Shown here: in pieces, positions 25,401 to 36,301 of the stretch | How the letters are laid out: every line of letters begins with the position of its first letter | Position numbering within the stretch: position 1 is the stretch's first letter | DNA from: Antedon mediterranea | Lineage: Eukaryota > Animalia > Echinodermata | Length of the DNA stretch: 64,000 nucleotides | Direction of reading: 5' to 3' | Assembly (NCBI RefSeq): GCF_964355755.1 | Contig: NC_092670.1 | Location: forward strand, 21,252,795 to 21,316,794 | Made by a program: the position numbers and the translations under genes | Notes under the pieces: model-generated | The model's input: the letters and a program-made list of their open reading frames with translations, nothing else | What the model was told of the DNA's origin: nothing | The model's database searches: none

Positions 25401-28400
25401 CCTGGGTTGAGAGAACAAATATATAAGTAAAGTGTCTTGCCTAAGGATAAAAGCAATGCGGCAAGAGTTGGATTCGAACCACGATCAATAATCCAACGTC
25501 CAGCACACTGCGCCACACACCCTCACAAGTGTAGTGAATTTTTTTTTGTATTCCTTTCAGCACCATTGTCGTCATTGTGGTCAGATATTTTGTAGCAAGT
25601 GTACATCAAAGCAGTGTGCAATTCCCAAATTTGGAATTGAACGTGAAGTCCGTGTCTGTGATTCCTGCTATGTTGCTATTCCAAGGTAAAATGCTTGTTT
25701 TTTGTATCGATATAATCAAATTTATTTCTTAAGGTAATGTAAGGTACAAGTGACAAAGCTAAACATAATCTTTCTATTTCTATACAGCGGTAAAAGTAAG
25801 ACATCTGCGAGCACGTCAACGTCAACATCGACATCGAAGGAAACAAGTGATTTACCAGCCGAGTATCTAGCTAGCCCTCTATCTCAACAGTCACAGGTAC
25901 GACACTATTGAAACTTTCTATTTAATTTTTTACTGATTATTTTATACATTTTGGATAAGAAAACAAAATTTCAAGCTATGTTTTTGAACCAATATATTTA
26001 ATTAATAATAAGAGAACTAAAAAAGGTTAATTTATTTATGATCAAATCGCTTTTATAGAAAACAAAGCTTACAACACTTGTATTAGCTTTTATTGGGGAA
26101 CATGTCAAAAATGATTCTACTACAGTGACTGTGGTACAGTAGATATATTTGTATGTGATTTTAAATGGTTTCAAGTTTATGAGGCAGTCACTGCAATAAA
26201 CATATGCAATACCCACCCAAATGTTGCTATATCTTAAATAGATGGAGCTGTAGCTTGGTAGTTAACTTGCTTGCCTTCCAATCCCAAGGTCCAGGGTTCA
26301 ATCCTGACCTAGTGCCAGGGTTGTAACTCACGACTCTTTCAACTCCACTGCCTAAGCCTCAAATGAGACTTAGTTTATATGTACGATAAATTATAAAATA
26401 GTTACTTTATCCATCCTGTAATTGGCGAGTTTGTGCTCGCTGTTGGATGTGTATGAAATTTTTTTTTAAATAAATAAAAAAAATATACAAATCTAGTTAC
26501 TGCAGTAACTGCAGTTGAATAATTTTGACAGGGTGAAATAGTAGTACAAATTAATCATGTTATTACCAAATGTGATCATTTTCTTCCTGCTGCCTTCTGA
26601 CTTTCTATGATAAATTCCATTATTTTCTGTTTTGTTTCTTACTAATACGTGAACCAGCTTCCTACTAGAAAGGTTAGTTTCAACATCTCCACAAATGATT
26701 TCAACAAGTGTTCTTTGTCTTTGTGTCCTTGTTGTTGATTGGTTGTTGCTTTACAGATAAGATTATTGAAGTTTACAGTCTTTTGCATGGCTTAATTGTC
26801 TGTCTGCCATTTAAATAGAACTTAAGATTACTATGGTTAACAGGATTGGGAAGATTATGCTAATTATGCGTTATCTTATGCGTTATAATGCAATACTTTA
26901 TTGCTTTATTGTCTGTCTGCCATTATTTAAATTATTGTTATTACTATACTATAAGCAGGTTTAACCAAATATTAAGACATTGAACAGATTAGGCTACTTA
27001 GGGGTTATAATAATGATACCTCTTTTTGATTGACCCCAACTGAATTATCGCATTATTACACCAACAATATTACATTCAATTCAGTATTATGTAACAGTGA
27101 TGTTAGATACAAATTACATACAATTTATTGTAAGCAGTGTTGCTTACAATTAGTATTGGCTATCAAAGATATATACTGTAGTAATATATTTGTTTTTGTA
27201 AGTTGCTAAGTAAAGTGTAGGCCTTAAGCGACTGGATATAAAAAATCTAGGCTGGACTACTATCTATTCTTCCGCTGCCCACTTCCTCTACTTATCTCTC
27301 TGAATGCATGAAATCAGTCTTGTATGTTATGTAAAATGGTCTTATTGTAATTGCGTAAATCATATAATACCTGGAAGATTCAGTTCCCTTATTGTTTTGT
27401 TATATTTGTAGCTCCCACCACAGAAGAATGAAAGAGAAATGCAGGAGCAGGAAGAGCTAGAATTAGCCTTGGCACTGTCACTAGATGCTGCTGAAAACAA
27501 ACATCTTGTAAGAGGCTAGTCCACAGACACAAACAAATTTTTAATAAAAAAAAATCACCCACCAAAATAACCTATTACAAATTATACTAAACAATTACTT
27601 ATTTCTTTTGTAGTTAATTTTGTTTTATATTTTCAACACGGGGGTTATATTTTATTTTTGTTTAATTTAGATTAAGAAAGATAAAACACCATCCTCCAGC
27701 AGTGCTGCGACTTCAGCTTCATCCTATGCTCCCCCGGCTACAACCAGCACACCATATGTAAGTGAAGTCATGTGCTATATATTGGTAATGGCAGTGTTGG
27801 CTGTAATGTTTTTTACAATTTTGTCATTTAACCTTATCTATAGAGGGTGACCATAAATAGCGTATTCTGACAATCAAGGGGGCCCTCATGATGAGTTATG
27901 ATAAATGTCTCTGTATGTCTTTCTACTCATCTAGAAAGATGTACTAGGTTCTTTAAAGTGCACATGAGCTAGATGTGTACACTGGACCTATGGTTTATAG
28001 TCCTTATCTGAGAAGACTCGTTCTAACACTAGTACCATGAATCTCAGTCTCTGTTGAAGGTGTGGAACTGATCGTACCACAGCCATAGATAAACCCTTTG
28101 GTTTCCGGAGCTCAGCATCCTGTTGTTATCCTTGGTTATTTTTATTGTAGATTTTGGTGTCTATTAATGATTTGTAGGCTAAAGCCATGAAAATAATTTT
28201 CTTTTTCTAGACACCATCTGTTGTTGACCAGGAAATGGATCCAGAGGTTAGTGTATTTTTATTTATAAATACTGCAGTTGATGTAGATTAGAAAGTTGCA
28301 AAATAAAAAAGCAAAGAATCATATTTTGATCATTTCTAACTTCACAATTACATATTTAATATTGTGTGATAATTATATTTGTTGAATCAGCTTGCAAGAT

Positions 28401-31400
28401 ACCTAAATCGACCATACTGGGAGCAGAAACAAGATGTGCAAGCCATGCCATCTGCCCCAGAGGCCGCACCAGCAACTGCTCCACCCATTACCCAAGTATC
28501 AAGTCAGCCAGTGTATGCCACTGTTAACAAAGTTCAGGAGGTAACTACACATTTTTCCCTTTAAAATTTACTTACAGAGTAAGAGCTTGAGAACTGTACA
28601 GAAGTTTGCAAGAACATTGTTTAAAGCTAATGTGATGTGCCCTAATATGGTAGTGATATGCCCAAATATGGTAAAGATGTGACATCATCATGTCCATATA
28701 TGGGCACATCACATAAAGTTTGGTAGTGTAGTTTTGTGGAATTTCCAAATTAGTTGTTGTATTGTATTGTGTACAACTATAAAACCTCTCCCCATAATAT
28801 TATTTACTGTGTCTCTATAGCAACCGGTTCAGAACGGAGATGATGAAAAGTATGCGTTTCTGTCGGCTTTGTCTGCTAGCATTGACACATTCAACAATCG
28901 TATGAACAGCAACTCTATGCGAGGGCGTAGTATTGCTAGCGACTCTACCGTGCAGAGTTTGTTTATGCAAATTAGTTCCATGCACCCACAGTTACTGACT
29001 ATGATGCAAGAACTTGAAGATGGACGAGGTATATGACATTTTTATACAAAATGATTATTCAGAACTTATCCAGAAAAATAATTTATTATTAGCATACTTG
29101 GATGAAAAAAAACAGAAATATTTTTAGATAATTTCACCTCCTTCCAAAGATATATTTTGAATTAAATTACGCTGTGCGTGTTATTTTCTCACTTTTCCTT
29201 CACATATTAAGAACATTTTATTCAAAATACGACAAATGTTTTTTATTATTGCACTTTTGTTGTTTAGTGCCGTATTGATGCAAATACTCTTTCATTTTTA
29301 GTAATATCAAAACCATACTAAAAAAATTATGATTGTAAAAAACAATTTTAACAAGAAATACAGTTTCTAAAACAACATAATAATAAGATTTGAGAATTTA
29401 GTTTTGTCAAAATCTTTAAACATCACTATCATAACCCTAAAGATATCTAGTAAAGTAGGGTTTCCTATAAGCTTGTATTTACTATTTTGAGTGGAGTTGT
29501 GGCTTGGTGGTTATGATGCTTGGCTACCACTCCAAGGGTCCTGGGTTCAAGTCCCGTCATATGTCAGGATTTTTTCTAAGGACCAAATTACTCCATTCCC
29601 AAAGACTTGTAATAAGACTTTGTTTATGTAGAGCATCTTGTGTATATGTTTGTCTTGTGAACCTCTGAGGGTCCCTAATGATCAGCAATAGCTGGATGGA
29701 TCACCCTCATTAAATATGGTTAAAAAAAAAACAAAACAAAAAAACTATGGAATGCATTCTCTAGAATTTACAATTTAAACCTTTAATCATATCAACAATA
29801 CATCCTGACATGAAGTTGACTTTGTTCTACCACTGTGGTTATTTTTCTTATTTTCAATTGTTTGTTTTTTTTAAAATTTCAAATCACAAGAATGTCTTGA
29901 AAATTTGTCTCAACAATATTATATTGTGAGACATTTAAGACAAAAATTGGACGAATTAAGGAACAAATACAAAGATTGGAGAAGGACATATCAAAGTAAT
30001 TTTAAAATACACTAAATTATGGGAATAATCATATTTTGGACAACCATTCAGTTTTGAATTTACTAAAATTGGTTTTTATTGTTTTTTTTTTTTATTTTAT
30101 TTTTATTATCAGTTTGACTGAAGAAACATTTGTATAGACTAATATTATGATAGGTTTCATGTCAGACTGACTAAAATCTCACTAACGTATTACAAAATGA
30201 GTTCAATACAGGCCATTAATTGCATGCATCGATCTCTTCTCAAATCAGTAGTGTCACAAATCATGCATTCAGGTCAGAGGTTATGCCTGTCTTACTGCTA
30301 ACTTGTCCATCACCGATTCCGTATCAATAATGTTTAAACCTAAACATTCTATAGGGGTAAAACTTGTATTTTTATATCACACCATTTTGTCTTTGTTTGT
30401 GGGAAAATTTAACTTTATAGCACATTTCAAAATTCCCAGATTACACCATCGGATTATATTATTTTTTAGATATTCACAATAAATAAATACTTTACGGGTT
30501 AGTTAAAAGTTGCTAGCACTACTACTGTCTTAATTTACTGTAACTTTTAAGTTATTGAATTATTACATTACACTCTTTTGGTGAGGTAATGTATTTCAGA
30601 AAGGTCGAAGTGGTACACCTTTTGTGTTTTGTTTTGTTTGTTTATATATTTAGGCAAATCCTTGGTTTGGTAGCCCAGCATCATAACCACCAAGCCACAA
30701 ATCCACTCGATGTTGATTATAAGTAACTTTGTTTTGATAGTTCTGTGTTCTTTATTAGAATGTTGATTTTGTTGTTTTTTTAAAGCAAATATGGAAGCGT
30801 TGCAGGATAAGCTGGCACAGATCAAGGATGCAAGAGAAGCGCTAGATGCCTTGAGGGAAGACCATCGGGAGAAGCTGCGACAGGAGGCAGAGGAAGCGGA
30901 AAGACAGCGGCAGATACAGCTTGCTCAGAAGTTAGAGGTTATGAGACAAAAAAAACAGGTTTGTTTACATTTTACTGCAGTAATTCCAGTAAATTCACAG
31001 ATCACTAATCTCCAAATTATAATTATTGTTGAAATTACTGACATAATGCCTTATTTTTCATCTCAATTTAAAATATTTTATTTTAGGAATATTTACAATA
31101 CCAGAGACAGATAGCAATGCAACGGCTCCAAGAACAAGAAAGAGAGATGCAAATGCGTCTAGAACAACAGAAGTATCTTCAGCAGATGCGGCAGGTACAG
31201 TACATGCCTGGAATGGGAATGCAACCACAAGGAATGATTCCACCAATGGCAATGAATGGTATGGCACATAGTATGTATGGGATGCCGCCGCCACAGGGAA
31301 TGCAACAACAAGGCATGCCTCCGCCACAAGGAATGCAACAAGGCATGCATCCTCAAGGAATGCCGCAACAAGGGATGCAGCAACCACAAGGCATGCAGCA

Positions 31401-32220
31401 GCAACCTCAAGGCATGCAGCAGCAACCGCAAGGGATGCAGCAACCACAGGGCATGCAGCAGCAACCGCAAGGGATGCAGCAACCACAGGGCATGCAGCAA
31501 CCACAAGGGATGCAACCACAAGGTGCACAGCAGTCACATGGAATGCAGCCTCCACCTCAAGGAATTCCGTCACAGCCTCAAGGGATGCAGCAGCAACAAC
31601 AATATGGACAAGTAAGTTTTGTACTTGTGATCTAGAAAAGGAAGATGTTGTTTCTTCCCTATACTAAGCAAATATTTAATTTCAATTTTATATTTGATCT
31701 TTTTCAGACTTTTAATCCCCCAAGTTCAATCCAAGGATCACCTTCACATACATCATATCAACAACAACAAGTGCAACCACCTCAGCAGACACTAGAACAG
31801 TCCATGCAACGTCCTGGTGGTGTGCCTCAAAGCTATAACCAACCAACAACACAATATCAAGCCCCTGGAATACAAGGCCAGACTCCAGGAATGCAAAGTC
31901 AGGTCCCTGGAATGCAAAGCCAGGCCTCTGGAATGCAAAGCCAAGCTCCTGGAATGCAAAGTCAGGCTCCTAGTGGCTATCAGCCAATGTATCCAAACCC
32001 CCAACAGTTCGGTTCACCTCACTCATCCATAGAATATACACAAGCTAACCCTTACAATATGCAAAACATGGCCAATACCCTCCCACAGACTAACCAACCA
32101 TACGGTGCACCCCAGGGACAAATGTATCAACAACAAGGAGAGATGCCTCCTCAGGGCCAAAACTCGTCTCAACAACCACCCCAGCAACCAGCAGAAGGGT
32201 CACTCATCTCGTTTGATTGA
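19420..32220 (+). CDS. HGS: Hepatocyte growth factor-regulated tyrosine kinase substrate (Hrs, ESCRT-0), ~852 aa
   Basis: Exons: 19420-19459, 20501-20585, 20691-20766, 20854-20946, 24316-24436, 24893-25014, 25561-25685, 25788-25896, 27412-27507, 27671-27757, 28211-28246, 28391-28540, 28821-29028, 30786-30958, 31087-31611, 31708-32220 (2559 nt). VHS (KATSQLLLEPDW), FYVE (RKHHCRHCG), UIM (EELELALALS), PSAP, coiled coil, Q/P-rich tail, clathrin box LISFD. Confidence 0.95.
19760..20260. mobile_element. Palindromic MITE with 8-bp TSD (CTACTAAT) in HGS intron 1
   Basis: CTACTAAT at 19752-59 and 20261-68; termini GGTGTCAGAT/ATCGTAAACC; repeated CGCGACCGATTTCAAA units in inverted orientation. Confidence 0.7.
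21141..23969. mobile_element. 2.8-kb foldback (palindromic) non-autonomous DNA transposon, Sola2-like, in HGS intron 4
   Basis: GGGTCATTCCAT...ATGGAATGACCC termini with TAAT on both sides; ~850-bp near-perfect inverted arms followed by ~190-200-bp tandem units in mirrored orientation; centre ~22450. Confidence 0.85.
25074..25256. mobile_element. MITE family A copy (HGS intron)
   Basis: Both TIRs intact; three internal 21-bp repeats. Confidence 0.8.
25380..25524 (-). mobile_element. tRNA-derived SINE family 3 fragment
   Basis: On -: TGGCGCAGTG A-box and GGTTCGAATCC B-box, followed by CCTTAGGCAAGACACTT...CCCAGGTGTATAAAATGGGTACC. Confidence 0.6.
26244..26480 (+). mobile_element. tRNA-derived SINE family 2, near full length
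   Basis: tRNA-like head with GGTTCAATCC, A-rich end; homologous to the copies at 12788 and 60364. Confidence 0.75.
26658..26672 (+). CDS. HGS: Candidate 15-nt alternative microexon of HGS (LPTRK)
   Basis: Long pyrimidine tract, TACTAAT branch point, CAG|CTTCCTACTAGAAAG|GTTAGT; phase 0/0 matches the flanking exons. Confidence 0.55.
27920..28030 (-). mobile_element. Deu-domain-like SINE remnant
   Basis: CTACTC..GAAAGATGTACTAG..AAAGTGCACATGAGC..GGACCTATGGTTTATAGTCCTTATCTGAGAAGAC, repeated at ~36050-36155; resembles the DeuSINE central domain as I recall it. Confidence 0.5.
29491..29744 (+). mobile_element. tRNA-derived SINE family 1, full length with A-rich tail
   Basis: A/B boxes; near-identical to 6078-6339; head-only copy at ~30660-30708 (-). 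Confidence 0.85.
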
Positions 32221-33464
32221 TTTGTAGGTACTCATATAAATGTAGAGTAAATGTAAACATTATGTATTCTCTGTACTGTGATTGGCTCATTACATGGTTC
32301 TATCTAAAAGTTTCATTTTAATATTGGTTATTTGTCATTAATTGTTTATTGTAACAATCTTATATCAATCATTCAATTATTTTAGGTAATATTTCTTTCA
32401 TAATAACAAAATAAAATCATAGTAAATTGATAATCAGAATAAATATATTGGAATTTGCTGTACTTTTTCTTCATGGTGGTGGAATACACGTTTTATGAAA
32501 GTAGTACTGTAATTGTTTTAAATTTGTGATCTTTTAGACAAATTTGACACAGACCTAAACCTTCTCATTTAATTTCACTTGTGCAATTTAAAAACTAGAA
32601 ATTAAAATAATTATAATGTGATGGTATATACATTTATCATGAAATACATGTTTTTATTTATGAAGTAAAAAATTACAGAAAAGGAAATATACTGGCAATA
32701 ATAACAAAACTAAATCTATGTTTCTATTTTCGATTTTGTTAGTAGTACAGTATTATTTTTTTTACAAGTGAGTCAATTTATTTTTAATTATGAATTTACA
32801 ATTAAATTTGTTAACATCTTCTGTGTATAAATTAAATATGAAATAAAAATATAATAATTGCAGATTTGCATGACTTTACTGCTACTGCATCGCAAACGAG
32901 GAACTATTATAGCTTATGGCGCCCTCAATTGATTTATGTAGATTAAAAAAATAAAAAGTAAAGAACAATTTCAAGTTTTTTTATTTTTTTGCATTTATAC
33001 TTTGTCATGATATTTCAAATTAAATATTTTTTAGTCTCCTTTCTTAAAATGAATTGGTAATTAAACAATCTTAATTTAATTATTGCATGCCATGAATAAT
33101 CTAATAATCCAGAAACCATGTTTTATTGCGGCCCATTGCAAAAGTTGGCAAAAATACTGAGAAATTTTTAAAATATATAAATTTAGAAGGCATAGAATAC
33201 AGATTGATAAAAGGTGTTTTCTAAATGATTTTCAATGCACCTCCTATGAAATATTTTTTAAATAGCACTCTAATTTTGATAAAACCAGTGCATTGAAATC
33301 ATTTAGGAAACATCAACATTTTATTGGCAATAAAAGTTAATTTTTAGCCTCACAAACATAAGGCTTAAAAGCAAGTTGTCAAATTGCTCTTATTTTCCTA
33401 TTCCTAACATTTAATACAGTTAATTTTCTAAGAAACTTAACTGTTATCTAGAAGAAGAAGCCAA

Positions 33465-33685
33465 TTAATCATGACGTCACGCAATTTAAAGCACTGCTGT
33501 TGTGTGTACTGACTACACATACTATGTATACCACCTTTATTACCGGAAGTGTTCTACCGTTCTTCACAGCAGAGTAGTTGCAGTAGAGTTTACGTGAATT
33601 ATTTTTGTTACGGTAAATAAAACCTATTGTTTGCTAGGTTGGTTTCTAAATGTAATTTCCTTGTTTATCTATAAACAGAACGAAG
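33465..33685 (+). promoter_or_regulatory. Probable promoter/first non-coding exon of adaptor gene A
   Basis: CRE TGACGTCA (33472-79), ETS ACCGGAAGT (33542-50), strong donor AAG|GTAAGT at 33685/6. Confidence 0.5.
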
Positions 33686-35569
33686 GTAAGTACATTTGTA
33701 GATACATTTATTTTGTGATAATATAAATAGTTTAGCAAGTTTTTATGATATAGTTTTATAGACCTACGAAATCAACTTGGACTGAACTTCTTTTAAGTTT
33801 CAAGTTTTTGGTTGATGATTCAGTCGCACAAGCACTACTACTGCAGTACCTGAGTTGTGTGCAAATTAACAACTGGGCCTAGCCTAGGCTAAAAGTCTGT
33901 ACAATTAATTTGAAATATATTATTAAATTACGGAGTAAATATATATTGAAATGTTTATAATTGTACATTTTTAAGACCTAGGCCTATATTTATTAGAACA
34001 TAGCTCTGATTATAGTTTTAGTTAGTTTAGTTTTAGTAGATGTAGGCCTAGGCTTAGCCTTAAGTATACAGTAATAACTTTATAACTTCCCCCCCCCCGG
34101 GGGTCACTTATATACAAACCAAAAAAGGGAGGGGCGGGGCGGGGGGAGGGGTATGTCCTGCAGCAGCCACTTCGAGACATGTGGCACATACTATGGACTT
34201 CTACCTAAGACGACAGGAAGGGTGCATTATTTGTATTGGTTCCCCTGAATCCAATCAGCTTTTAAAGGATTGATGGTTTCAGAAATAACTTTTCAAAAAC
34301 TGATAAAGAAATGATAGTAATGATAAAGAATGATTAGTAATGATTTTAAATAATATGTGTATCGATTGGTTTTGAATTTGAAGATCTAATCTAATCTAAA
34401 AATCTAATCTGGTCTAATGTTTTACATCAAGCAAAAGTTTCAGCGTTCAAATCTTGATTTAGGAAACTTTTATCATCCTCACACTGATTTCCTCATCTTC
34501 ACAATTTAATATAAATTAATTATTTCACTTCCAGTATGTCACCGTGTAAATTATTATTTATCAAAGTATAAAGAATTCCTAAATGAGAAGATAAACTTTT
34601 GTGGGTTTGAAAAACAAATCAATTAAGAGGACACTTTTTTGGGTCGCTAAGTTAATTGTCCCCCTAAAATAGTATTAATTTTCTTTAATTGTGTGAAACA
34701 CTGAAATGTGGCAATTTTTGTAATTTTAATGTTTCAAAATGTAAATAAAATAATAAACAACATACTGTAATATAAAACTAAACTTTAGTTAAACAAGTAG
34801 TAACAGTACAATATTATTAACCTTTGATATTGAAATAGATAAAATTGATCTATATTACCGGTAATTCAACATCAAGGCCAATGTTTCTCTTTCTCTTAAT
34901 ACTATAATAGTAATTTTGATTTAAAATAGTTTTGTGTTATATTAGTATAAATAAGAAAATTAAGAGGGGAAAAATATCTGAAAACAAAAGCTTGAGTGGA
35001 GCTGCCCAGAAACAGGCATAATTTGATAATTGAAACAGGGTAACAAAAAATAAGTTTGTGTTTTATTTATTTTGTATAATCACTTTAATCACACTAATCA
35101 TTAAATATAGGGCCAATATAGTGTGAATTTCTTGCATATTAATTCCATTTCTTTGTGTGTGGTGAGCATCCGTTGCCCGTTTTTTTCTTCTTTTTTTATG
35201 GTTTTGAGGTGTGGTGGGATGTTGGTATTTTTGGTCTTTGGGAATCAGAATAGAATGATATTTGGTTAATGTCCTGCTCAAATATAGATTTACTTTAAAA
35301 TAGTACCATATAATGTAAGTTTCACACTAAATGGGAAACAGTAGATCCTACACTATTTTCACATTTATAAATTAAAAAGGAAATCATCCTATTTTGATTC
35401 AATTTGTTAGTAATATGCCTAAATATATTTTAATTTGTCAATGATAAGGATGAAAGTCAGAGAATTATTATCATCAATAATAATACATTGAAGTACAATA
35501 TGATATTTTTATTTAAAATAAAGTAAGTAATGTATTTACCAGTAAATCATTTTCGTAGTTGATAGTTAA

Positions 35570-35895
35570 AGATGTATTGTCCCCCTGAAAAAATAATTCT
35601 TAAAAATTTTTTTTTTGAATATACCATTTTAATGACCAAAAATTGGATCGAAAAAAAAAATGTATTTACCTGAAAAAATGTAATTTAAAGCAAAAAATGG
35701 TCAAATTGGCTGCCAGCCAATGGATTTTTGGTTGAATTTAACCATTTATTTTGTCATTTTACAAGTGAAAACATTATTTTTTTCGGTTTTTTTTTACTAT
35801 GGATATGATTAACTTTATTAAAACTACAAAATAACATATTCAAAGTCTTATTTAATTAATCTTCATTTTTCATGTTTTTGGGGGACAATGCATCT
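35570..35895. mobile_element. Kolobok-like MITE (TTAA TSD)
   Basis: TTAA-AGATGTATTGTCCCC...GGGGACAATGCATCT-TTAA; related copies at 49461-49709, ~50403 (partial) and 58818-58952. Confidence 0.75.
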
Positions 35896-36301
35896 TTAAT
35901 GGTTTTACATTTATAGTACATTACTGTATACAACTAGTCTCTATGCGCTGTGGACTCCTTACATGCTTCATGCGTCATGTCAGTGCAGCCACTATAAGGC
36001 GCTCTCTCATCTATCTACGACACAGTGACTGAGTGTGAACCGCGGTAACCCCCTACTCGTCTTGAAAGATGTACTAGTTCTACCCCCTACTCGTTCTTAA
36101 AAGTGCACATGAGCAATATGTGTACACTGGACCTACGGTTTATAGTCCTTATCCTTATGTACATTAAGGTAATCATAATAAAACAAATTTTAAAACAAAA
36201 ATTAGTATTTATGAATGATATTATAATTTAAATTCATTTTTTTATTTGCAGAAAACAACATTTGTTGGTGTTTTTGTAGACTTAATTGAACTGAAGTCCT
36301 G

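Noticed and set aside
31058-31615. Antisense and alternate-frame ORFs (171, 120, 119 aa)
   Set aside because: Shadows of the repetitive Q-rich HGS exon.
34088-34152. C-run/G-run cluster (possible G-quadruplex); also the G-run at ~9308
   Set aside because: Isolated low-complexity tracts near probable TE fragments; no evidence of function.
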